A DNA stretch of 63,993 bases, filler included, from Licmophora abbreviata (Eukaryota), in the NCBI GenBank assembly GCA_900291995.1. It is 12 parts of 12 records of this genome, joined end to end, with 100 filler letters (N's around TTAATTAATTAA, not from the genome) between each part and the next. Parts side by side here need not be neighbours in the genome. Positions count along the whole stretch, not along the records: positions 1 to 9,226 come from OLMU01004923.1; positions 9,327 to 15,361 come from OLMU01004925.1; 10 more parts are not named here. One strand, 5' to 3'. Below the pieces are notes generated by a model. That model was not told the origin of the DNA. It saw only the letters and a list, made by a program, of their open reading frames with translations, and made no database searches. Below, piece after piece: positions 1 through 10,183 of the stretch. A program made the position numbers and the translations under genes. Numbering within the stretch: the stretch's first letter is position 1; every line of letters starts with the position of its first letter.

Positions 1-904
1 CAGCATACAACAACGACAATGGAACAAATTCCGGACACGTGCGAGTATTCCAGTGGAATGGATCTAGTTGGGCCAAATTGGGCCAGACTCTTGTCGGGGA
101 GAATGCTGGTGATTACTTTGGTGAGTCGATCTCCTTGTCGTCCGATGGCAGTATGCTTGCCGTGGGTGCGAGTTGGAACGATGACAATGGAATTCAATCC
201 GGACACGTGCGAGTGTTGCAGCTGACTGGATCGAGTTGGGTCCAGTTGGGGCAGACTCTTGTTGGGGAGAATGCTGGCGATGAGTCTGGCCGCTCGGTCT
301 CCTTGTCGTCCGACGGCACAATCCTTGCTGTTGGTGCAGAGTCCAACGACGACAATGGAACTAGATCTGGACACGTGCGAGTGTTTGAACGGAATGGATC
401 GAGTTGGGTCCAGTTGGGCCAGGCTGTTGTCGGCGAGAAAGCTGGTGATAAGTTTGGTGAGACGGTCTCCTTGTCATCCGACGGTACTATCCTTGCGGCG
501 GGTGCAATATTGACCGAAACGGAGCTCAATTCCAACACGTGCGAATGTTCCAGCTGACTGGATCGAGTTGGATCCAGTTTGGTCAGACTCTTGTCGCGGA
601 GAGCTCTTTCGATTACAATCGTGAATCTATATCCTTGTCGTCCGACGGTGGTGTGCTTGCAGTGGGTGCAAGATATAGCGACGACAATGGAGCTAATTCC
701 GGACACGTGCGAGTGTTTCAGATGTTGAATGACGCATGGACGCAAATGGGAGGTGTCATTCCTGGCAAGGGTGTAGGTGATCGCTTTGGTATTTCGGTGG
801 CCCTGTCTGCGGATGGCACGACTGTGGCAGGGGGCGCGAATCAGTTTGGGAAATCTGGAGACCCGCCCGGCTATGTCAGTGTGTATGAACGGCAGCAACC
901 GTAG
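1..904 (+). pseudogene. FG-GAP-type beta-propeller repeat protein, 3' part, with a frameshift near 510 (5' end outside window)
   Basis: 56-aa repeats (GHVRVF..GSSW.QLGQTLVGE.AGD.FG.SVSLSSDG..LAVGA..NDDNG) in ORFs 39-557 and 539-904; the repeat continues across a frame change. Confidence 0.7.
36..760 (+). repeat. Coding tandem repeat, 168-bp unit
   Basis: CACGTGCGA anchor at 36, 204, 372, 536, 704 (spacings 168, 168, 164, 168). Confidence 0.9.
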
Positions 905-1425
905 GTCTTTGTAAGGAGCAAAGGGTGCTTAGATGAGTGCGCACATAGCAAAGCATCCGCCTGTGAGCGTACACTATTGGCTGTCGTACTCCTGGTGAGA
1001 TTGGTGGACGGTCGCACCGTAGCTGTTTTCATGTTGGATATAGAGTGTCATTGTTTGCATGCACAGATTAGTTTTCAAAGAATCTTTACAAGTCTGCGAT
1101 GATAGATCGCTCCAACCCTTCTGCCTGCGGCGAGAGATACCGGTACCCTTGAGCGCCCTCATCTTCAATCTGTGGCCGCGTCGTCTGCGAGTCGTTGTGC
1201 GCTCGTGACTGAAAAATATGAGCAATATTCAGTCTTCAGGGCGACTGTATAGTATAGTACCAGGTACCGCGGCGGTACCTGGGTACTCGTATTTTCGTAC
1301 TATACTCCTGGAGATCTTCGTCTCATCGCGTTGTGTTTGCCATGGATGTGGTACCGGGGTACCGGTACATCATCGAACCCTCCACAAGATAAACTGGACC
1401 TTCACACTCCGTTTCTGCTGTTGTG

Positions 1426-2253
1426 ATGACTTCCAATGATGACAACGACGAGCATGTCATGATGATTGCGCTGGCACTCCAAAACTATGACATCTTCTAC
1501 TCGCTCAAACCTGGAACTGCCACTGTCCCAATCGTGGAACACAGTTCCGCCGGTATTTCTGGCTGGGCATCGTGTGTCTTGCAGAACAACAACAACAACT
1601 ACAAGTATGATTCTACTATAAGTCTAACTGTACCGCTTCGTGCGTCAAACGAATCTCGACGAGCTGGTCGACGCAAAGGTGATATACAGGAAGATTTACA
1701 GCTGCAACGAGCCTTGCTCGAGTCCATGGGGGTGGATCTGGATCATGATACCTGCAGTAGTACCACCACCGCCACTACTACGAAAGAGACTCTAACTTGC
1801 ACCGTCATGGACCAGGACGCCTGCGAGGAGGGCTCGTCATCCTTTTATTATTACAATGATGACCATGATGAGAGTGAAGCGGATCGTAGTAGTGGCTCCA
1901 CGTCGGTTCGCTGGGAAAGCGACGCCAGTACAACATCTCATGACAAGAACAGGACCGGCCTTTCAGTGTCCATGAAAGATGTCTACCTTGACGACTTGGA
2001 AAGCGAAAGCCGTCAGAAATCAACACTTGGTGGATGCTTTGTTCTTGTAAACAATACTCGCCATGAGCGCACGCAAGAGGATTCTTCCAAAGGTCGTGTG
2101 TCAGGCAAGGTTGGCGAGATCAGCCTTTCCATGCTCCCACAAGATGCATGGTCGAGCGATAGTTCGGAACACGACAGTGTTGATTCCACAGAAAGTTTTA
2201 TTTTTGTCCATTCCAGATCGCCACAGATTCACCACGGGCAAGAACGAGAGTGA
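1426..2253 (+). CDS. Hypothetical disordered Ser/Asp-rich protein with UIM-like and LIR-like motifs
   Basis: Open frame of about 275 aa; QEDLQLQRALLESM (UIM-like) and DSTESFIFV (LIR-like). Confidence 0.5.
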   Translation: MTSNDDNDEHVMMIALALQNYDIFYSLKPGTATVPIVEHSSAGISGWASCVLQNNNNNYKYDSTISLTVPLRASNESRRAGRRKGDIQEDLQLQRALLESMGVDLDHDTCSSTTTATTTKETLTCTVMDQDACEEGSSSFYYYNDDHDESEADRSSGSTSVRWESDASTTSHDKNRTGLSVSMKDVYLDDLESESRQKSTLGGCFVLVNNTRHERTQEDSSKGRVSGKVGEISLSMLPQDAWSSDSSEHDSVDSTESFIFVHSRSPQIHHGQERE

Positions 2254-2707
2254 AGATTGTCCCGTGCCGTAGCCAGCGAGCAGAGGCGAGGCCTACAGAC
2301 TCAACTGGCTCTTGGTAATAGCGAGAGAGCGGGAGCCCTAGAAGTCACAGTTTAATTATGGTCAGTCTCTCATCGACATATCATAAACATGCTTCTTAGC
2401 GACATTCTGAATCTTGTAGGAACCTAGTAATAGTTTGGCGCCAGATCTCTTTCGAAATCTCGTGTTAGTCTTGGGTTCTCATCACAGATTCCATGTATGA
2501 ATGGTCTCACGTAGTCATCAGTACTGAGGCTACGCGATACGATTTTCGATGGAATTCGTCAACTCTCTTCGAAGCTCGAAATGTTGACACCTCCACAGCA
2601 TTTCGCGCCAAATTTTGTGCTCACAATTTCGAAAGACGACAAACCATCACCGCATCGCAGCCCCAGCTACAAATTTGACTTACTATTATCCCAGATCCTT
2701 CATCACC

Positions 2708-3187
2708 ATGTCCCTTAGTCGATACACTCCGCTCTTTGGTTTTGATGACTTCTTCGGCCCAACACGTCCACTCACCCGCGACGACTTGATGCCCGTTCTT
2801 ACCCCTTTCGACCGTGAAGGCGACATGGTCCTCCGCCGTTCGTCTCCAGGATTCGAGATCAACGAAGACGACAAACAGTTCCAGATTGCCGTTGATCTTC
2901 CTGGAGTCAAGCCAGAGGACATGAATGTTGAGCTTCTCAACAACGGCCAAGTTCTTCACTTGGCAGGAGGACGCAAGACTGTGACGGGTAACGGCGTCCG
3001 CGAGACGAAGTTCGAGAAGGCGTTCACGATTGGCGACAACATCGATACGACTCAGATCGCTGCCAACCTTGATGCTGGAGTCTTGGTCGTCACGGCTCCG
3101 AAGAAGGAGCCAGAGAAGGCAAAGGACCAAAAGATTACCATCACGGCGAATCCGCACCCAAAGATCGAGGCGGCCAAAAAGGATTGA
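2708..3187 (+). CDS. HSP20: Small heat-shock protein (HSP20/alpha-crystallin)
   Basis: FQIAVDLPGVKPEDMNVE ... ANLDAGVLVVTAPK alpha-crystallin motifs; C-terminal I-x-I motif (KITI); ATG at 2708. Confidence 0.93.
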   Translation: MSLSRYTPLFGFDDFFGPTRPLTRDDLMPVLTPFDREGDMVLRRSSPGFEINEDDKQFQIAVDLPGVKPEDMNVELLNNGQVLHLAGGRKTVTGNGVRETKFEKAFTIGDNIDTTQIAANLDAGVLVVTAPKKEPEKAKDQKITITANPHPKIEAAKKD

Positions 3188-3319
3188 GACACTCTGCGCA
3201 TGTTTGAGATTGCATCTGTATTCTACAATACAACTAGTAAGAGTGTGGAGAAACAACTAGTAGATAAATTATTATGAGACACAACAGTCTGTATCGCCTA
3301 ACAGCCAGGTTTTATACCT

Positions 3320-6300
3320 CTAACTGTGATTTCGCCGGCGCTTGGATCCAGTGAGCCCACCACGTTTTCCTCCGTTCTTCTTCTTGGTCGATCGATCAAT
3401 AGAATTCTTATCATTCTTCATGCGCTTATCGACGAACTTGACCCCCTTGGCTCCCGCACCACCGCGTCCCTTCTTGCTGACGACATATGTCTTGCCTGGC
3501 TTCTTGGAGTCTTGGCCTCGCATCGCCTTGCTAATCGCCTTCAGCTTCATCGCCTCGGACATTTCCGACGAGTTCGCTACGGCTTCCGCTTTCTTTTTGG
3601 CGGCCGCGAGCTTGGTTCCGGCCCTCTTGCTCTTGCGGGCACGCGCTTCTGCGACCTTCGCGATTGGCTTTGTGGATAGTGCCAACATTTTGGCTTTCAT
3701 CTTGGCCACCAATTCCGGCGGGATGGGGAGTTGAGGTCGATAGTTGCGATTCTCGTCATCGACGAACCAATCTGGCAAGTCTTCTGGGTCGTTCCAAGCA
3801 AACCGATTGTACGAAGCGTCCACCAAAGCCTTCGCCTTGCTGCGCCGAAGCATCATAGTTCCGAGCGCCAACGTCTGCGCGTAGTCGTCACTATCGTAGT
3901 CTTCATGATCTGAATCATACTTCCTCGAGTCTATGACAGGCAGCGGACGCTGCCCTTTCTTGCTCGACTCAGCAGCGGAAATTACTTCAAACCCCGTCGA
4001 AACACCGGCGTCGTCTGCCGTGCTTCCTAGACCGGCCTTGATTAGCGCACGAGCTTCGAGTACCTTGTTCCTTTCCTTCTCGCTAAGACCAGAAAGCTTC
4101 TTGTCAGCGTCTTCGGCATCCGAGTCGTGATCCGCAGCTGCGACTTCAAAGTCTCCTTCCGTCTCGCCTGCGATCCTGGCCTTTCTTGCCTTCTTGCGTT
4201 CTTGCCGCTCCAACGCCTTCATTCTCCGCTCGTGACGAATTTGCTTATCTGTCTTGGGCATCATGGCTAGTACTTCGTCGGCATCTGGTGCCTCACGATC
4301 ATTGTCATCGTCATCGCCTTTGATCATGCGCTTCCTCTTGGTTTGCGGCTCAAGAGCACTCGCTTCGTCGTCGATTGCTATCATTTCCTCCCCCGAGTCA
4401 GAATCATAGTCCATTTCCTGTGAATCGTGTTTGGGGGTCTTCTTGATTGGCATGGTTGCAAGCTGCGCTGTGGTTCCAATCGACTCAAAGAGTGGATTGC
4501 TAAACCATCTTGCCGTTTTGATTGATGTGGGTTCCACTGGAAGCTTGTAAATGAGTGGGTTGCCCTCCTTTACCTTTCTCTTTGCGGCATGTTCTGCCGG
4601 CGTAAGCGGCTCTTCGTGGAAGCCATCGTCCTCTTCGACAGAATCTTCGTCATCGTCGTCACTATCCCGGTCTCCCTGGAGCATCTTGGCGTAAGTCTGA
4701 GTGTCGCGATCAATCATCTCATCCCCCGCCAGCATCATCTCCTGGTCTTGCTCTGCTTCCTCCATCGCTTTTTGTCGCTGGAGCTTCTTGGATCGCTTGG
4801 CCATCTTGGTGCCGCTTTTGGCGAGACCGTCTTTGGTGCTTCGCAAGTAGCGATCGTACGCATCGTCCAAGTCCCGGTCGAGACGATAACTGTAACCGGT
4901 CTCTTCGTCCAATTCGTCCTCTTCGCCTTGCGAGTCGACTTCCTCCGCTGCTTTGTCCATATCAGCGTCATCGTCCGATGTACCGAACAGTTGCTCGTCT
5001 GTCACTTTGTCAAGATCGACTTCTCTCGCAGCTTCCAGTTCACCTGCATTGGTAATGGTAGCCAAGGAAAAGATCTTGTCGTGTTCCGGCACGTCAACGG
5101 CATTCAAGTCCATACCTAGTGCAGCACGCCGGCGACGTTTGGCAGCGACTGCTCGTTCCTTCTTTTTCGTCTTTTTCTTTTCTCGCAATCGACGCTGACG
5201 CATCCTTTCAATCTCCGCCTGTACCTGATCTTCGTTGTCCTCTGAATTGACCTCCCTTTGACGACGAGAATCTGTCGATGCTTCCGCCGACGAGACACTG
5301 TCGACGTCGTTCTCTCCAGCCGCGGCTTGCTTCAAGTCATCCTGAAGCTTAGTTCGCCATGTCAAGAGTCCCTTAAAGTCCGATTTGTTCAACACTTTGA
5401 GATCACTCACGCAAGCTTTGACTTCAACCGTCGTCAATGGATGCTTCAAGTAAAACTGGCAGTGACAGGAGGCTTCCCCACGAGTAGCGCCTGTATCTTC
5501 ACACTGATCACACTGAAACTGCAATCCAGTACACTGCGACAGCATGTGTACTGGATCCTTTTGTTCGATAAAGTCTGAAATTGGCTTGATGTTGCGCATA
5601 CTGGCATCCAATACCTCCATATCATATCCCTCCCGACTGGGACGTTTCTGCTGGTTGTAATGCTTGTGAAAGACATTGAACTTGGGATTGCTGCTGTTCA
5701 TACCGCCGCCCCCGGTCGAATCACCTTCCACGGCTTCAAATATATGTTTCGGATCCATCAATCGCGGATCAATCTTGTCAGGAGCCGCATAGTTGGTACA
5801 GACCAAAAAGATTTCGGCACTTTGAGCTCGACTCGCCGATGGCTTGACCGCCTGCACTTGTCCAAACAGTTGTTTGCATACCCAAACGTAGCTCATGTAA
5901 TCACGCGATCGATAGAGTTTGGTGATAAAGGTTCCTCCTGAGCACAAGTGCTGTGTACTGCACTTCAACGCATGCAGTGCAATTTCATTCTGCTCGTAGG
6001 CATCCTTGTCATACGAAGCCCCCACGTTCGGCGCTCCGTCGTGCAATACGACATTGACGGGCGCTCCTTGGAGCTCACGACTAATGTCCGACTTACACTT
6101 TTCCGTCGTGATATCTCCAATGATAGTGATGACGTTGTTCGCTATCGCTCGCACGGGAAGTATGTCGACACTGACAATGAGAGCGTCCTTGCCGCACGTG
6201 CGACTGCACACTTGTGACCACCCACCGGGGGCGGCGCAGAGATCGAGTACCACCTTGGCATTCTGCAAATTGCCAGTTTTGCCCGGTAGCTTCTTGTTGA

Positions 6301-6503
6301 TTTGAGTCAGTTTGAAAGCAGCACGACTGCGATAGCCTTGTTCCTTGGCGACTGTCGTGGTGTGTAGTAACGTCGACAAGCAAAAGTCAGTCGTCGAAAT
6401 TCGAAAAAGCAAAACTAACGCAGTTTCTGTCTCTACGATCTTTCTACTCACGTCGATAGTACTTGTCCTTGTCATGGAACTTTTTACGCTTGTTGTCCAC
6501 CAT
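3320..6503 (-). CDS. SPB1: Pre-rRNA 2'-O-ribose methyltransferase SPB1/FTSJ3 (intron 6352-6451)
   Basis: Spliced start MVDNKRKKFHDKDKYYR|LAKEQGYRSRAAFKL; DLCAAPGGW; HDGAPNVG; Spb1 C-terminal YNRFAW..LPDWF and KVAEARARK. Confidence 0.95.
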
Positions 6504-6916
6504 GATTGCTAGAAAGGCGAAAGAGGAGCAAAGACTGGTACGGAAGGTCGAGGAATGGATTGAACAATGGATTGAACATCACCATTCTCAAAAGAACAAA
6601 ACAGTGAGGGACGATACGAAAGGTAGCAGTTTTCCCCGCGCAAAACTTTGGATGGTCCCCAGCAGTACCAGTCTGTTGGTCAGCGGAACAGGGCCCCCGA
6701 TGGTGGACGGACGGACATGCGTGGACCTTCGCGATCCTCACGTAGCTGTTGTACCACAGGGTACGCACTGCTTGTAGAGACGGAAACGCAGGATGAAAGG
6801 CAAAACCTCTCTCGTTCGCTGCACAAGCATCAGCACTGAGAGGTGTGTCTAGTGTCTACGTCGTTCTGCTGACAGGAACGTTATTTCTCTTTTTAATTTC
6901 CCAGGTTTCATTACCA

Positions 6917-7372
6917 ATGTCCTTCTTGACACGCCGATTGTCGCTTTCCGCGTCGCGATGGCTGCTTCGAAGCAAAAATAGTAGTAGCAGCAGCACAACG
7001 CGCCGCTGGGCCGGCGATATGCCGACGCCACAGAGTAGCAAGGCGGAATTGTGGGAGGGACATTCCAAGATCAAGGAGGGGTGGGAAACCACGATCTATC
7101 TTACCTATGGAGTCACTGCGATTCTTCTTACGTTGGCCTTGGGATTTGCGCCGGAATCGTCCATTCAGACGTGGGCACGGGCGGAGGCGCAGGCGAGATT
7201 GGATCTGCCCGAGGATGTAGAAGTGAAGTTTGGAACGCATTACAGTGCGTCCAAGCATGCCCTAGACTTTGAAGAGGAGGGAGCAGATAATCCTTTCAAT
7301 GAAGAAGACGAGGATGATGATGATGATGATGATGATGACGAGGAGGACGATGAAGACGATGATGACGAGTAA
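6917..7372 (+). CDS. Mitochondrial complex I ESSS subunit (NDUFB11-like) with acidic tail
   Basis: Arg/Ser-rich mitochondrial presequence; EGWE..Y..TM helix..PESSIQTWARAEAQARL pattern. Confidence 0.72.
   Translation: MSFLTRRLSLSASRWLLRSKNSSSSSTTRRWAGDMPTPQSSKAELWEGHSKIKEGWETTIYLTYGVTAILLTLALGFAPESSIQTWARAEAQARLDLPEDVEVKFGTHYSASKHALDFEEEGADNPFNEEDEDDDDDDDDDEEDDEDDDDE
7313..7336 (+). repeat. (GAT)8 coding microsatellite (poly-Asp)
   Basis: Read directly from the sequence. Confidence 0.9.
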
Positions 7373-7569
7373 AGCATCGAGCGAACGATGTTGTACAGGT
7401 AGTAAATACGAAGTAGTACACTGCTACACTGAGTGAAGTCGCTCTGTGCCTGGCCTACTATTAACACGTCCGGCTCAAGTGGTTGAGTCTCGAAGCATAT
7501 GTACAACACGGAAGACGGAAGGTGCCATGGTAGATGGCAGTCTAGCTATATTATTGTATGTTTTGTCAT

Positions 7570-9226
7570 TCACTCATTGAAGAAGCGTCTCTTGGTCAAG
7601 TTGTACTGCGGGGTACTGTAGTCCGAGTTGTATATCTCTTCGACAATCTTTTCAAGCTCGGGAGTGAAATACTTCGACAGCCTCGCCCACTTTTCTTCCA
7701 TGTCCTCGTCCTTAGGAGAAGTTGTGTGGTGTCTGGAGTCGAACATCATCTCGTTCCGTCTCTTCCCCCACCCAGATTGGCCGAACTCTTCCCATGCTCC
7801 AATCTTTTCGAGTAGTCGCTTCGCATCCGCCTGCAAGGTATCCATATGCCCCACAAAGTTCAACAGAGGCATGAATTTGCTATCGATTCGGGTACCCTGC
7901 GGAATCCAATGCGGGTCGTTCGGACACACTGATTGCGTCACATTGACAAAGTCAGCCAACGAATTGGAAGCTCTTTGTAAGCAATTTGCCTCCTCCTTTT
8001 TGGTCGGTAGCTTGGAGCAACAGTAGCTTCGCATGAAATCAGGGTCCTTCGAACTCGTCTTATCCAAGTAGGATGAAACCAGTCTTTCCTTTGGATCCCG
8101 GACGAAAATAGCACGAGTGTACTCGGGCGAATTCATAATTTCTGTGGCCCTCTCCTTGGTGTAATGTTTCAGGTAGTTTAGACCGTTTGTAGTCTCTACG
8201 ACGTGAGCATCGCCTTCGTACCAACCCGGATAGCCCAACATCCTCCGGAACAGACGCTTCCAATTCGAAGAACTGACTTTGCATGTGGCGAAGAAGATAA
8301 GTTTGTGAGACTCAACTACAAAGGGAGACGCGTCGAAGATTGCCCCATTGTAGATGATGTCTGTGCGATTCACAGGGACACAGTCGTGCTCCGTGCAGCT
8401 CCAGCGCGTGAGACGTGCATCAATGAACGCTCGCTTCGGCTTCGTTCGATTCAGGTCGTAAACACGTCTCAGTGTCAAGTTGTACTGTGGGGTGCTGTAG
8501 TCAGAGGCGAATAATTTTTCCACCTTCCTTTCCAGCTCTGGAGTATAGTATTTTGCAAGTCGCTTCCCTAGTGCGTCCGCGTCCTCGTCCACAGCAGAAG
8601 AAGTTGCATCGGACTGGACGGCGAAAATCGGAGCATCGAGAGCTCCTCCCCACCCTGACTTTCCAAATTCTTCCCACGCACCAATCCTCTCGAGTAGACG
8701 CTTCGCGTCAGCCTGCAGGTTATCCATATGACCAACAAAGTCAACCAGCGGCAAGAACTTGCCATCTATGCGGGTACCCTGCGGAAGCCAACGCGGGTTA
8801 CGTGGACAAACCGACTGCGTCAAACGTACAAAATCCATTAGCGAACCTTTCGCTCTCTCGATACAGTTGTCCAGCTGTTCAGATGGCAATTTGGCACAGC
8901 ACACATTTCTCATAAAGTCTTTTTCGGGACGGCTACGGGCAATAAAATTCGTATTCTCCTCCAAGTAGGATGAAAGCAGTCGATCCTTGGGATCGCGGAC
9001 GAAAATAGCGCGAGTGTACTCGGGAGAGTTCATAAGTTCTGTGGCCCTTTCCTTGGTGTAATGGTACAAGTATCGCAGTCCGTTGGTTCGCTCATTCACA
9101 CGAGCGGTCTTCCAATCCGAGTAGCCTGCCATTCGCCGGAAGAGCTTCTTCCAAACCGAAGAACCGACTCTGCAAGTGGGAAAGAAAATGAGCTTGTGTG
9201 ACTCGACAACAATGGGCGAAGCGTCC
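7570..9226 (-). CDS. Carbohydrate sulfotransferase (Sulfotransfer_2 family) with at least two tandem domains; 5' truncated by contig end
   Basis: Two copies of HKLIFF.TC(K/R)V.SS.WK.LF, AIFVRDPK.RL.SSYL, PxW.PQ and FVGHMD.LQADA; frame open to contig edge 9226. Confidence 0.85.
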
Positions 9227-9326
9227 NNNNNNNNNNNNNNNNNNNNNNNNNNNNNNNNNNNNNNNNNNNNTTAATTAATTAANNNNNNNNNNNNNNNNNN
9301 NNNNNNNNNNNNNNNNNNNNNNNNNN
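9227..9326. other. Artificial contig linker N44-TTAATTAATTAA-N44
   Basis: Identical 100-nt linkers also at 15362-15461, 20975-21074, 23834-23933, 29057-29156, 39117-39216, 43478-43577, 45524-45623, 56256-56355, 58397-58496 and 62404-62503. Confidence 0.98.
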
Positions 9327-9515
9327 CATCTTGGAAGCTTCCGGGCCGTGCCATGAACAGAATTGCTGCCAGACTGGATCCGAGCGAGCGAGCTGTCGAT
9401 ATCGCTTTGACGTGGAGCCCATCGTCGGGAGGAGGAAGCGAGGACCTAGAAACGCCATGACATGGCTCTGAATCACCGCGTCTGGGACGTTCTCAAGCGA
9501 CGATGGCGACGACAT
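9327..9515 (-). CDS. F-box-like protein, N-terminal fragment (3' truncated)
   Basis: LENVPDAVIQSHVMAFL...STSKRYRQLARSDPVWQQFC matches the F-box L..LP.E....I..FL...VSK.W...A.D..LW pattern. Confidence 0.65.
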
Positions 9516-10183
9516 CTTGTGTGATAGTAGAGCTTTCGAAATTCGCCAAGCAAGAAAAGACTGGGGTTGTCAAATTGGATTTTGCGATTCTCACGACTGA
9601 CAGAGCAATACGATACACGAATGAAAGCAGAGCACCCCCCACGATAACCTGAGTCTCCGTCAACGCTTGACCAAGGAAATCGCAATCCGTTTCAATGAAT
9701 GGAATGCTCTTTGGCGTGATGTACGTTTCGCGAATCTCACGACGAACAGATGTATGTCAGACAAATCTTTCGCATAGTTGTGAGAGCTTTTCACGCCCAG
9801 AATTTTGTCCAGTTCCACCAAAATCATCATCCGTCAAGTCCCGGGCCGCTCGCGGGCTCGCGCGGGGAGTTAAATGAATGTCGAGCTATTGCGAAGAATT
9901 TGGCGACAACAAAGAGCGCGATTTCATTCTGTGACGTATCATACCGCGGCATCAGCCGAAGTCTGACAGACGGTATCCGTACTCGTAGATCTGTACGTAG
10001 GATTCCATACGCCGCACAGCGCACAGTTCATTCCAAATTTTAGTTTGGAAACCAGTTTCAATTGCATTGAGAGAGGCCCCCACTATCGTGGTATCCTGGA
10101 CCCTAGGTTCTCCCGTAAAGACATTTCCTTTGTGTCTTTTCTCCCCTGAAAGCGTTTTCTACTACTCTGCCAGTCACGCAAAC

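Noticed and set aside
36..760. Regularly spaced CACGTGCGA motif resembling a CRISPR or G-box array
   Set aside because: The intervening sequences are homologous to each other and encode protein repeats
2400..2640. Possible heat-shock elements upstream of HSP20
   Set aside because: Several TTC/GAA triplets, but no clean nGAAnnTTCnnGAAn array
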